Part shown: in pieces, positions 30,579 through 40,512 of the stretch
Layout of the letters: each line of letters opens with the position of its first letter
Position numbering within the stretch: the stretch's first letter is position 1
Assembly: GCA_965198225.1 (NCBI GenBank)
Contig: CBDAOY010000004.1
Location: 288,001-352,000, forward strand
Origin: Terriglobia bacterium
GTDB lineage: Bacteria > Acidobacteriota > Terriglobia > 20CM-2-55-15
Length of the DNA stretch: 64,000 bases
Reading direction: 5' to 3'
Position numbers and translations under genes: made by a program
Notes under the pieces: generated by a model
The model's input: only the letters and a program-made list of their open reading frames with translations
Databases searched by the model: none
Told to the model about the DNA's origin: nothing

Positions 30579-32150
30579 TTAATCGGCGGGTGCTCGGGCG
30601 TCTTCGTTCCGGGCTCCAAACTGCTCCCGGGCCAACTCTGCTGCTACCTGTGGCGCGGACCACAGCAGGGGGAGCAACACCAGAGAGACCGGGACGGCGG
30701 TCACGACGATGAACGACTGCAATGCCGTGATTCCGCCGTCTCCCAGCCGCAACAGGATCGCGCCGACCGCACCCATCATGACGGCCCAGAAAACGCGGAC
30801 GGATGTCGCCGGAGTATCGTCGCCACTGACGGCCATGGCGATCGTGAACGACATCGAATCTCCCGTGGTTGCGAGGAAGACCACTATCAGGACCAGAAAC
30901 GCGGGGACGAGCAAGCCCGCCAACGGTAGTTGCTGGACGACCGCGAGCATCGTCGCCGGAAGTCCTCCGTCGTTAAGAGGGCCCGAGATGATGCCCGGGC
31001 GCTGGAGCTCGTAGTAAATCCCAGACCCGCCGAGGATGGTGAACCAGAAATTCGTCACGATGGGCGCGACGATCGCGATCGCCACCAGGATTTCCCGGAT
31101 AGTCCGGCCGCGCGAGATGCGTGCCACGAACATGGCGGTCAGGGGTCCGTAACCGAGGAACCATCCCCCGAAGAAAATACTCCAGGAACCCAGCCAGGTC
31201 GGATCCGTGCGGTTCGTGCTGATAGTGAAGAAGTTATTCAGGTAGAGGCCGAACGAGGTGAAGAAAGAATCGATGATGAATGCGCCGGGACCCGTAATCA
31301 GGATGATGACCAGCAGTGCCAGGGCCAGCAGGACGTTGAACCGGCTCAGGATCTGTATGCCCCGGTTGATACCGGTCACGGCGGACACCGTATAGATCGC
31401 AACGAGCCCTGCGACGATCGTCAACTGCGTCGCATAGACATCTGGAATTCCGATTAGGCGGTCCAGTGAATAACTCAGCTGGAGGCCCAGGAAACCGATC
31501 GGGCCTATAGTACCGGCCGCGACGGCGAGGATGCATGACGCATCGACTGTCGTGCCGAGCCAGCCACGCATCGCCCGCTGACCGAGAACGGGATAGAGCA
31601 AGGATCTGGGCTTCAACGGCAGGCCGCGGTGGTAGTGCACATACATCGCGACGACCGAACCCAGGGTTCCGATGATCGCCCAGGACAGAAAACCCCAGTG
31701 GTGGTGGCTCTGTGCCAGTGCCGGACCGACTGCCGCCGCGGTTGCCGCCTCGACTCCCCTGAAAGAGGGCGGAATGGAAGTGAAGTGGTACATCGGTTCG
31801 GCGAACGACCAGAAAACGCCGCCGGCCGCCAGGAGCGTGCACATGATGATCGCAATCCAGCGGAAGGTGCTCATCTCCGGTCGATCGATCCCACCGAGCC
31901 GGACACGCCCGCACCTGGAAAACGCCAGCCCCAGCGAGACGCCGAACGTCGCCAGGAGCAACACTTGCCAGAACGGTCCGAAGTACTTGACCGAGAACGC
32001 AAACGCGACGTCGACAAGTCCTGACACGAAGTCGATGTCGATGAGTGATGCGACCATGAACAGGAATATCAATCCGCCGCTGGTCAGGAAGACGGGCATA
32101 TCCACTCGCGTTGGGTTGATCTGCGGCGATATCTCGGAGGATTCCTGCAT
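30579..32150 (-). CDS. BCCT-family (betaine/carnitine/choline) transporter
   Basis: GVFWSFAEPMYH, HWGF..WA, FVARISRGRT.RE, LQSFIV. Confidence 0.92.
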   Translation of the reverse strand: MQESSEISPQINPTRVDMPVFLTSGGLIFLFMVASLIDIDFVSGLVDVAFAFSVKYFGPFWQVLLLATFGVSLGLAFSRCGRVRLGGIDRPEMSTFRWIAIIMCTLLAAGGVFWSFAEPMYHFTSIPPSFRGVEAATAAAVGPALAQSHHHWGFLSWAIIGTLGSVVAMYVHYHRGLPLKPRSLLYPVLGQRAMRGWLGTTVDASCILAVAAGTIGPIGFLGLQLSYSLDRLIGIPDVYATQLTIVAGLVAIYTVSAVTGINRGIQILSRFNVLLALALLVIILITGPGAFIIDSFFTSFGLYLNNFFTISTNRTDPTWLGSWSIFFGGWFLGYGPLTAMFVARISRGRTIREILVAIAIVAPIVTNFWFTILGGSGIYYELQRPGIISGPLNDGGLPATMLAVVQQLPLAGLLVPAFLVLIVVFLATTGDSMSFTIAMAVSGDDTPATSVRVFWAVMMGAVGAILLRLGDGGITALQSFIVVTAVPVSLVLLPLLWSAPQVAAELAREQFGARNEDARAPAD

Positions 32151-32167
32151 GTTGATCTGAATCCGGG

Positions 32168-32863
32168 CTAATCGTTGGTGACGGATTCGATCCAGTCGTA
32201 GAGCTGGCGCGGCGAAAACCGAAAGACGTGACCCTGGCCCGGGACGATCGTCAAGGTCGGTTCCGCTCCGGCCAGGACCAGCAGGTCGCGTGTCCGTTCG
32301 GACAGCTGCACCCACCGGGTGTCGCGTTCCCCGACGAGCAACCAGACCGGTTTTCCTTTCAACTGATCCAGAAAGCCTGCTCCGCCGAACGCGCCCGGCA
32401 TGACGACGATGGACGCGAATCGTTGCGGTTGAGCGCGTGCGGCGTGAAACGCGCCCAGGCCTCCGTTGGACTGCCCGACCAGCGTCACACGTGTGGCATC
32501 GTAGCTGACGTTGTCGTCCATCCAATCAAAGACCCGGTCGAGGACATCCACTGCTCGTTCCCCCAGGCTGCTTCCAACGACCGCGGGCGACACCAGGACG
32601 TAGCCTCTCACGCCGCCTTCGTCTTCCCAGTAGTTCCGGAGGATGGCGTCCACCATCTCCGGGGTGCCCGGTCCGGGCGGCAGGGCGAAGATGACCGGAT
32701 GCTTCGAATCCGGGTCGTAGGATTCCGGGTAGATGACCGCCAGGCGAAACCTGTTTCCACCCCGGTCGGTGAGCGTCAACTCCTCCCGTTCCCCCAGTTG
32801 AGCAAACGCCGGACTCGACGTTACGGCGAGCGCCAGAACGAACGCTACGATGTTCTTCTTCAT
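32168..32863 (-). CDS. Secreted alpha/beta hydrolase (esterase-like)
   Basis: GQSNGG nucleophile elbow, VGERD, GQGH. Confidence 0.8.
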   Translation of the reverse strand: MKKNIVAFVLALAVTSSPAFAQLGEREELTLTDRGGNRFRLAVIYPESYDPDSKHPVIFALPPGPGTPEMVDAILRNYWEDEGGVRGYVLVSPAVVGSSLGERAVDVLDRVFDWMDDNVSYDATRVTLVGQSNGGLGAFHAARAQPQRFASIVVMPGAFGGAGFLDQLKGKPVWLLVGERDTRWVQLSERTRDLLVLAGAEPTLTIVPGQGHVFRFSPRQLYDWIESVTND

Positions 32864-32873
32864 CAGGATCCTT

Positions 32874-33107
32874 TCAAATAATGCGGCTGGCTTCGTCCAA
32901 TTGTGGGTTGGTCTCGAGGAGCCGAACAAGCCGTTCGGGCTCCGCGTAGGGCAGCGGCTCGAGGATCACCCGGTTGACGACACTGAACACTGCCGTAGTG
33001 GCACCGATCCCAAGGGCAAGCGTCAGGATTGCAACCGTCGTCAGTCCCGGATTTCTTACCAGGGAGCGGATGGTGTAGCGGGTGTCCTGCCAGATGGTTT
33101 CCATCAT
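32874..33107 (-). pseudogene. 5' fragment of a MacB/FtsX-type ABC permease
   Basis: WQDTRY..RSL...LTLALGIGATTAVFSVV..LPY..PERLV, stopping after about 75 aa. Confidence 0.8.
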
Positions 33108-33355
33108 CTACAGGAACAGTCTACACGCGGACCTCCCGCATTCTGCCCTTTTTGCCTCTCCCGTATGCACCGCGAAACCCGCGTCTCAGGTTCGGGGCGG
33201 ACCGGTCGTCGTGGTTGGAAGAGATTGTGGGGCGAAAAGCCGTTACAGGCCAACGCTCCGGCCCGACGAATCATCCCCGTGTTGCCGATCCGATCGGTTT
33301 CGATCGGGCCTGGGAAAAGGGGGATCGTTGCAGATTGACCGCGCCCGTAATTATC

Positions 33356-33383
33356 TGTAACCTCAAACGGTTACCCGTCGTAC
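33356..33383 (+). promoter_or_regulatory. Palindrome GTAACC-N6-GGTTAC, possible operator or ECF-type promoter upstream of the TonB receptor
   Basis: Inverted repeat seen directly; AAC-N17-CGT spacing is compatible with ECF promoters (inference). Confidence 0.3.
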
Positions 33384-33545
33384 TGTCAGGTATGGATGAG
33401 GGGGTGCGCCCGTCGCACCGGAAGGGGTGGAGGAATCTGACGTTTAAGCCCTTCCAATCACATCAGTTATCATTATTGGATCTTTATCTGAACCAGCGTG
33501 CCGGCCGGACCGGCATCGATGTGGATTTGTACAACTGGACCCTGA

Positions 33546-36533
33546 ATGACTACTAAACCCTACGTTTTCATACTTCTTTCTCTTCTCTGTCTGACCCTGA
33601 CCGGCCTGGCCCAGGAGGGCACCGGCGGGGACGCTTTTTTGCTCCAGGATTTCGACGCGCTCGAAGAGATCCGCGACGTCCTCGAGGAAGCGGAATACCC
33701 GCTGACCCAGGAGCAGGAACAGGCGCTCCGTCCGATCGTCGAGTCGCGACCCGAATCTCAGCGGGGCGCGGTCATCGAGGGCGTTCGCCGGGATGGGGCC
33801 GACATCCTGACACCCGACCAGGACAGCGTGCTCTTACGTGTGGAAGCCGGCCGGATACTGCTGGCAGACGGTGTCGAAGGCCTCCGATCCCTGCTCGTAC
33901 AAGCCGAGGCTCCCGCCCTGACGTTCGACCAGGAAACCCAGGTGCAGGCGGTGTACGAAACGCACGAGCGCGTGTTGGCTGAACTGCTCCAGACCGAAGA
34001 CATCGGGCCCGAGGCCGTCGAGGCACAGCGGCACGCCCTCGAAGAGCAATTGCTGTTGGCATCGCTCAAGTTCCTGAACCCCACCCAGCGGGTGGCTCTG
34101 GTGGGCTCCGTCGCGGCGGAGGCGCTCGCATCCAACAGCGACCTCCCTGAAGACGAAGACGAACTTCGAGAGTACCTCGGGGACCTCCGCAGCCCGGCTG
34201 GCGGTGGAGGCGGTTTCCGCGGCGGAGGCGGCTTTGGCGGGCGCGGTGGAGGCCGCGGCGGGCGTGGCGGCCGTGGCGGCGGTGAAGGCGGAGGCATCGT
34301 CATCGACGGTTTCGGCGGCGGACGCATGCCCAACCGCGACGAAATCCAGGAGATCCGGATCAACGAGAACTCCTTCACAGCCGAGCAGAGCGAGCAGGGG
34401 AGGGGTCGGACCGAGATCATTACCCGTGGGGGCACGGGCCGGTTCAACGGTGACGTAACCTTCAACTTTGCCGACGAGTCGCTGGATGCGCGAAACGCGT
34501 TCGCATCGTTCCGCCCCCCATACCAGCAGCGGAACTTCAACGTCAACGTCAGCGGTCCGATCATCCGCAACCGCCTGACACTGACCTTCAGCGGACGCAG
34601 CAACTTGAACGAGGACGGCGACACGCTGCGTGCGATTACCGCCGACGGCCTGGTCAACGACGCCATCGTACGTCCGTCGGTGAACCGGGACTACACGATC
34701 CGGGCGACGGCACAGCTGACCGAGAACAACGTCTTCAACTTCAGCTACAGCTACGGCACGAGCGACAGGAAGAACAACGGTGTCGGCGGATTCGGACTGC
34801 CCGAACAGGGATCGAACAGTCTCGGGAACAATTTCAATTTTCAGTTCAAGGAAACGTCGGTTCTCTCCCGCTCGTTCAACAACGAGGTTCGCTTCCGCGT
34901 CGGCGGGTTCACCAACGAGACCCGGCCGATCACAATAGCGCCGCACATCACCGTGTCCGACGCGTTCCGCACCGGAGGATCGACCCGGAACAGTGAAAAC
35001 GACACGCGCAACTACGAGTTCGGCGACCTCCTGATGTACACGGGACAGCGGCTCTCGCTGAAGATGGGTTTCGAGGGCGAGTATGCGAGCGACGCTTCGA
35101 TTTCCCGGGACCGCTTCAACGGGTCTTTCACTTTCTCGCGCCTGGATTGCGACACGGATCCTGAGAACGACGATCCCTGTGCCGGCGCCTTCGTCGCCGG
35201 TCGTCCGATCCGGTACAGCGTCAACCAGGGAGAGCCCGAACTCGATGTGACCCAGTTCGAGGCGGCCACGTTCTTTCAGGGCGATTTTCGCTTCACGCCG
35301 AGGCTGACGATGGGGTTTGGCCTGCGGTACGAGTGGCAGTCGAATCTCACCGACTCCAATAACCTCGATCCGCGTTTCGGGTTTGCCTACTCGCTGGGAC
35401 GATCGACCGTTATCCGCGGCGGCAGCGGAATCTTCCACCAGCGTTTCAACCTGTTCCAGGTCAAGGAATTGGTTCGCCTGGACGGCACCCGGCAGCGAAC
35501 TTTGACGATACGTAATCCGTCGTATCCCGACCCCTTCTTCACCGGTGAGGGTGAAGTGGTCAGCGTGCCCTCTTCGGTGAGCGTGGGCGCGGAAGATCTG
35601 GTTGCTCCTTACACATGGAACAACGAGGCCTCGATCGAGACGACGTTCTCGCAAGGCCTTGTCCTGACGGGTTCCTACCGCTTCGTACGCGGCATCCACC
35701 TGCACAGAACACGCAACCTGAACGCCCCGCTGGACATCACTGCGGCAGTACCGCGGTCCTGTCAGCCCGGACAACTGACGGAACCGGACGAGTTCGGAAA
35801 CCCGGCTACTTGTGTTCGACCGGACCCGGCCCTCGGAAACATCAGCCAGCTCGAGTCCACCGGCGTTTCCAACAACCACAACCTGCGGGTCGGCTTCCGT
35901 CAACGATTCAGCACGATCAACATCAACGGTAGTTACAACTTCAGCTCCAACTACAGTGACGTCTCCGGAGGTTTCGGAGGTTTCGGAGGCGGAGACTTTA
36001 GACGGGGCGGCGGAGGAGGCCGGGGACCTGCCGACAACTACGACCTGGATTCCGAGTGGGGTCGCTTCGGAGCGCGGCATCGCTTCAACTCCTCGGTGAA
36101 TTTTCGCCTGCCCTGGAACGTCAACGCCAACACGAGCTTCGAGTGGAATACGGGGAACCCTTACAGCCTCCGCACCGGTACCGACGACAACCAGGACACG
36201 AACACGAACGATCGCCCGCCTGGAATACCGCGTAATTCGCTGACCGGACCGGGGTCTTTCGAAATGGGCTTGAACCTGTCGAAGACCGTCCAGTTGATAT
36301 CCGATTCAGTTGACGCTGGAGGCGCGGGCGGCCGCGGAGGCGCCGCAGCCGGAGGCGGTTACTACGGACGACGCACCGGAGTCCGGATGACGATCACCGC
36401 CAATGCCGAGAACCTGCTCAACAACGTCAACTACTGGAGCTTCAGCGGCGTGATGACCTCTCCATTTTTCGGTCTGGCAACCCGGGCGCGTGATGCTCGC
36501 CAGATCCGCCTTTCCGTAAGATTCAATTTCTGA
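33546..36533 (+). CDS. Oar-like TonB-dependent receptor with LTxxQ-repeat N-terminus and Gly/Arg-rich inserts
   Basis: Plug LPED.DEL...IDGF.GG..P...IQEIRINEN.F.AE; GLRYE.Q, PRFGFAY, IRGG.GIF; terminal RFNF. Confidence 0.85.
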   Translation: MTTKPYVFILLSLLCLTLTGLAQEGTGGDAFLLQDFDALEEIRDVLEEAEYPLTQEQEQALRPIVESRPESQRGAVIEGVRRDGADILTPDQDSVLLRVEAGRILLADGVEGLRSLLVQAEAPALTFDQETQVQAVYETHERVLAELLQTEDIGPEAVEAQRHALEEQLLLASLKFLNPTQRVALVGSVAAEALASNSDLPEDEDELREYLGDLRSPAGGGGGFRGGGGFGGRGGGRGGRGGRGGGEGGGIVIDGFGGGRMPNRDEIQEIRINENSFTAEQSEQGRGRTEIITRGGTGRFNGDVTFNFADESLDARNAFASFRPPYQQRNFNVNVSGPIIRNRLTLTFSGRSNLNEDGDTLRAITADGLVNDAIVRPSVNRDYTIRATAQLTENNVFNFSYSYGTSDRKNNGVGGFGLPEQGSNSLGNNFNFQFKETSVLSRSFNNEVRFRVGGFTNETRPITIAPHITVSDAFRTGGSTRNSENDTRNYEFGDLLMYTGQRLSLKMGFEGEYASDASISRDRFNGSFTFSRLDCDTDPENDDPCAGAFVAGRPIRYSVNQGEPELDVTQFEAATFFQGDFRFTPRLTMGFGLRYEWQSNLTDSNNLDPRFGFAYSLGRSTVIRGGSGIFHQRFNLFQVKELVRLDGTRQRTLTIRNPSYPDPFFTGEGEVVSVPSSVSVGAEDLVAPYTWNNEASIETTFSQGLVLTGSYRFVRGIHLHRTRNLNAPLDITAAVPRSCQPGQLTEPDEFGNPATCVRPDPALGNISQLESTGVSNNHNLRVGFRQRFSTININGSYNFSSNYSDVSGGFGGFGGGDFRRGGGGGRGPADNYDLDSEWGRFGARHRFNSSVNFRLPWNVNANTSFEWNTGNPYSLRTGTDDNQDTNTNDRPPGIPRNSLTGPGSFEMGLNLSKTVQLISDSVDAGGAGGRGGAAAGGGYYGRRTGVRMTITANAENLLNNVNYWSFSGVMTSPFFGLATRARDARQIRLSVRFNF

Positions 36534-36558
36534 CAAAGCCATTAACCGCGGAAATACG

Positions 36559-36593
36559 AAGGCACGGAGACATCTCTTCTCCGTGCCTTTTTT
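36559..36593 (+). terminator. Terminator formed from an octamer-repeat hairpin
   Basis: AAGGCACGGAGA-N7-TCTCCGTGCCTT followed by a T run. Confidence 0.75.
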
Positions 36594-36599
36594 GCGTCA

Positions 36600-36688
36600 G
36601 CCACGGATTACACAGATTACACGGACAGGAAAAAATCTTGGGTTTTGCCCGCCGAAAGATCTTTCTTTAATCCGCTAAATCCGTGGCT
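36600..36688. repeat. Nonamer-type inverted repeat
   Basis: GCCACGGATTACACAGATTACACGGA ... TCCGCTAAATCCGTGGC. Confidence 0.65.
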
Positions 36689-36756
36689 TTCTTGTACAGG
36701 TATCCGAGCCGAACGGGATTAGCGGATTCGTTCGGCGGTAGCGAGAGGACCGTCGA

Positions 36757-39279
36757 TCAGGCGGGGGAGACCTCACCGGCGGCGGGTGGGGCGTCCCCTA
36801 CCGCTGCCAGGGCGGCCATGGCCGCCAGGCGTTCCTTGTGGGCTCGTTGGACGTCGTCGCGGATCTCGGAGTAGGTGTTCATGAGTTGATCGAGGTTTTT
36901 CCGTCGCAGCCTCAACATCGTGCAGGGTGTTGCCGCCCGAACGGTGGCGGTTCGCGGCGACTCTGCCAGGAGCGCGATCTCGCCGAAGAACCCACCCGAC
37001 GTCAGGATTGCCAGCAGTCGTGATTCGGCTCCATCCTCGCGGAGCACCTGCACCGTCCCGCGGGCGATGACGTACATCGACTCTCCCGACTCTCCCTGAC
37101 GTACGATCTTGTCACCCTCGGCGAAGGATTCCGATTCGAGCATCCCCGCGATGAGCCGAATCCCCTCTTCGCCGCAGTGTTCGAACAACGGGATGTGAGC
37201 GATCAGAGACTCCGGGTCCAGTCGGAGGGTTTCAACCGGTCTGGCCCGAAGGCGTTCGAATCCCGCCTCGATCGCCGCCTTCTGCTCCAGGTAGACCTTG
37301 TCGGGGACCAGTCCCAGCTCGCGGAGCATGTTCAGAGAGGTTTCCTCGTTGTGCAGGCAACTGCGGGTGAGGAGGTACTCCTGCGTTCTCTCGACGTACT
37401 CCGGATAGTCGGTCGCCATCGCCGTCAGCTCTCGCTGAGCCTTGTCGTGTCGGTTCTGGTAATAGCCTCGGATCGTGGCATGAGAATCTTCGTCGACGGA
37501 GCTGTCCCGCAACAACCGGTCCAGCAGCGTCACGACCGACCTGGCCGCCAGCGTCTCGGCGCATTTTTCTTCAAAGTGGTTGGCAATCTGGCCGACCTTG
37601 CGTTTCTGGAGATACGCCCTGAAGATACCGAGCCTGTAGAGCAGGCGGTCCAGAGGACTCTCACGCGTGCTCGCTTCTTCGAAGGTTTCGGGCAGTCTTC
37701 CGTAGACCTTCACGTGATCGGCCTGGTGATCCACGTCCTGCGCAAGTTGCTTGTAGGCCGTCTCGGTGAGGTTCCCTTCGTAGAATTCCTCCCAGTAGTG
37801 CTTCTTCTCCGCCCCCAGTGCCTGGCTCGCCAGCACCTGCATCCGGTCCAGTTCGCTGAGTTCGCCGCCGTCCGCCAGACACGACTCACGTTCGGCCTCG
37901 AGCCGGGCTTCTCCCGACAGGTAGTCCTGTTGGATCCGTTGGACGATGGTGGGAGCGATTGCTTTCTCTTCTGCGAATTTTGCGACACGGTTTCTGGTTT
38001 CTCGTTTCAGAACCAGCAGGCTCTCGAAACGCGCAAGCATTTCCGCGGGAGACAACTGGTCTAACCCCAGGAGGCGGAGCAGGGTGCCGATGGTGAGTGC
38101 GTTCACGAGAAGTGTCGCCATCACGACACCCATCGCCGAAACAAGGATCAACTCCCTGGCGGCGAAATCCGGCGGCAGGCTCAGAGCCAGAGCCAGAGCG
38201 AGCGCCCCGCGCAGGCCACCCCAGTACATGACCGCCTGGTAGCGACGATCGATCGGCTCGATCATATTCGTCGCGTTCACCATCGGGACCGCGACGGCGA
38301 TGCTGACGGCGCGGGCGAAGTAGACAATCGGAATGGCCAGGACGAGAGCAACGATGAATTCTCGAATAAGCTCGGGGCTCAGCGCCAGACCGACCAGGAG
38401 GAAAATCAGGGAGTTCGCGATGAAGGAGAGGTACTCCCAGAACGAATGCATGAAGTGCCCGACCTTCGGGGAAATCTTCGTTCGTCCCCACCCTCCCAGG
38501 ATCATGCCGGCCGTTGCCGTAGCCATGACTCCCGAGACGTGGAGGTAGTGTTCGGCCACGATGAAGGACATGTAGGCCACGATCGTCGTCAGCGTGATCT
38601 CGACGAGTTCATCGTCCCGTACGAACGACAGGATTTGGGCGAACGTGAAGGCCAGGACCGCGCCCACCGCGATTCCGCCGGTGAAGACCCTCAGAAATTC
38701 GATGACAGCCGCGGGCACCGATAGGGTTGCCGCAGCCCCTCCCGCCGCCAGAAGCAACAGCACGTTGAACAGGACGATGGCTGTCGCGTCGTTAAACAGG
38801 CTTTCGCCTTCCACCAGGACCATCAGACGCTTCGGCGCGCCCAGTTCCTTGAACAGGGCGACGACGGCGACCGGATCCGTCGCGGAAATCAGGGCTCCGA
38901 ATAGCAGCGCTGTGACGAGTGGGATGCCCAACGCCCAGGATCCCAGGTACCCGACGATCGCCGTAGAGAGAAGAAAGGCCGGTATCGCCAGAGTCAAGAC
39001 CGGAACGATGTTCCGGAAAAGGACCTTGGAGTCGAGGTTGAACGAAGACTCAAACAGCAGAGTCGGCAGGAAGATGAAGAAGACGACATCGGTCGAGATC
39101 TCCGATTGGAGGAACTGGAAACCATCCCAATCGGCAAAGATCGTCCGGACACCAAAGCCGAAAATAACGAGGATGACCGTGTAGGGAAAGCGGACCCGGG
39201 CGGCCACGAGCGAGATCACCGACGCTGCAAAAAGCAAGCCGACCAGCAGCATCACAATCGTGACTAGGTCCAACTCCAT
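36757..39279 (-). CDS. CPA1 Na+/H+ antiporter with C-terminal cyclic-nucleotide-binding domain
   Basis: FLPTLLFES, ISATDPVAV, EGESLFND, WGGLRGA; FFGEIALL...PRTATV. Confidence 0.92.
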   Translation of the reverse strand: MELDLVTIVMLLVGLLFAASVISLVAARVRFPYTVILVIFGFGVRTIFADWDGFQFLQSEISTDVVFFIFLPTLLFESSFNLDSKVLFRNIVPVLTLAIPAFLLSTAIVGYLGSWALGIPLVTALLFGALISATDPVAVVALFKELGAPKRLMVLVEGESLFNDATAIVLFNVLLLLAAGGAAATLSVPAAVIEFLRVFTGGIAVGAVLAFTFAQILSFVRDDELVEITLTTIVAYMSFIVAEHYLHVSGVMATATAGMILGGWGRTKISPKVGHFMHSFWEYLSFIANSLIFLLVGLALSPELIREFIVALVLAIPIVYFARAVSIAVAVPMVNATNMIEPIDRRYQAVMYWGGLRGALALALALSLPPDFAARELILVSAMGVVMATLLVNALTIGTLLRLLGLDQLSPAEMLARFESLLVLKRETRNRVAKFAEEKAIAPTIVQRIQQDYLSGEARLEAERESCLADGGELSELDRMQVLASQALGAEKKHYWEEFYEGNLTETAYKQLAQDVDHQADHVKVYGRLPETFEEASTRESPLDRLLYRLGIFRAYLQKRKVGQIANHFEEKCAETLAARSVVTLLDRLLRDSSVDEDSHATIRGYYQNRHDKAQRELTAMATDYPEYVERTQEYLLTRSCLHNEETSLNMLRELGLVPDKVYLEQKAAIEAGFERLRARPVETLRLDPESLIAHIPLFEHCGEEGIRLIAGMLESESFAEGDKIVRQGESGESMYVIARGTVQVLREDGAESRLLAILTSGGFFGEIALLAESPRTATVRAATPCTMLRLRRKNLDQLMNTYSEIRDDVQRAHKERLAAMAALAAVGDAPPAAGEVSPA

Positions 39280-39328
39280 GTTTTCCCACCTTCCGAGCGC
39301 CCGTCCGCCCTCGGACGAACGAACCGCG

Positions 39329-40345
39329 TCATGCCGGGTCAGATTGCAATGCCACTCTTGCGCGCTTCACGTCGGACGCGTCTCCCAGGACGACGAGGGT
39401 CTGTCCTGGCTCGACCAACCAGGAGTCCTCTGGATTGTACGCGAAACTATCCTGGCCTGTCCGTCTTGCTCCGACAACGAACAGACCGAACTCAGAACGA
39501 GCCGGAATGTCCCCGAGACGCTTATTGGCCCAGTCCGATTTCTCCGGTATAGACAACTCCTCGAAGCGATAGCTCGAGGCCTTGTCGCGGAGCATCGCGT
39601 CGAGGAACATCACGACCGAGGGTCGAACCAGCTCTGAGACAAGACGCAGCCCTCCAATGGTGCCGGGATTGACGACCGCGTCGGCGCCGGCACGCCGTAA
39701 ACGGGCAGCCATGCCGGGTTCGATTTCCTTGACGACGATGCGGATCGATGGGTTCAGCATGCGCATGCTCAACGTCGTGACCAGCGTATCGCGATCGTTC
39801 GGAAGCGCCACGACGGCTCCTGCGGCACGCTCGATGCCGGCCCCCTTCAGCACCTCTTCGTCGTCGGCAACGCCCTGCAGGATGGGGCTCTCGTAGTCTG
39901 AACGGAAAGCCGCGACGGTTTTCGGGTCCGGATCGATGACGACGAAATCCCGCTGGGTCCTCGCGAGTTCTTCGATGATCCGCCGACCGGTCTCGCCCGC
40001 TCCGCAGACGATGAAATGCTCTTTCATGGATGCGACTTGGCGTTGCATGCGTCTCTTCCAGAAGTATTGATTCAGGTCTCCCTCGACGATGTAAGATGTC
40101 ACCACCGCGACGGTGTACAGCATTATCCCAACACCCACCAGGATCAACAGCAGCGTGTAGGAGCGTAGTGCCAGACTGGCCGTCGTGTCTATCACTTCAC
40201 CGTAACCGACGGTGGTCACGGTGATGACCGACATGTAGAGACAATCCAGAAACGGCGTTTCCGGGCTCAACAACTTGTAGCCCACTCCGCCCAGGATGTA
40301 TTCACCCAGAAGGAGTGCGACACCAATCTGGAACCTGCGTTTCAC
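39329..40345 (-). CDS. 2-TM K+ channel with RCK (TrkA-N/C) domains
   Basis: TTVGYGE selectivity filter; IVCGAGETG; start uncertain (40345 or 40390). Confidence 0.9.
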   Translation of the reverse strand: MKRRFQIGVALLLGEYILGGVGYKLLSPETPFLDCLYMSVITVTTVGYGEVIDTTASLALRSYTLLLILVGVGIMLYTVAVVTSYIVEGDLNQYFWKRRMQRQVASMKEHFIVCGAGETGRRIIEELARTQRDFVVIDPDPKTVAAFRSDYESPILQGVADDEEVLKGAGIERAAGAVVALPNDRDTLVTTLSMRMLNPSIRIVVKEIEPGMAARLRRAGADAVVNPGTIGGLRLVSELVRPSVVMFLDAMLRDKASSYRFEELSIPEKSDWANKRLGDIPARSEFGLFVVGARRTGQDSFAYNPEDSWLVEPGQTLVVLGDASDVKRARVALQSDPA

Positions 40346-40377
40346 GTGCGTCGATTCTAACCCGGAATGCTTCCGGG

Positions 40378-40505
40378 AGTAGTCAGTCACCAGTAGTCAG
40401 TAGCCAGTTGGGCCCGGCAGTCTCGGTGGTGACGGGTGACGAGTGAGCGGTAGAATGTTGAGAGAGGACAACTGACAACTAACTGACTACCGACTACTGA
40501 CTACT
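40378..40505. repeat. Inverted pair of heptamer arrays in a divergent promoter region
   Basis: AGTAGTCAGTCACCAGTAGTCAGTAGCCAGTT ... AACTGACAACTAACTGACTACCGACTACTGACTACT. Confidence 0.8.
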
Positions 40506-40512
40506 TATTGTA

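Noticed and set aside
33834-36080. Long antisense ORFs (also 52000..54087, 50778..52052, 6486..7757)
   Set aside because: Expected opposite GC-rich genes; the recognisable proteins are on the other strand
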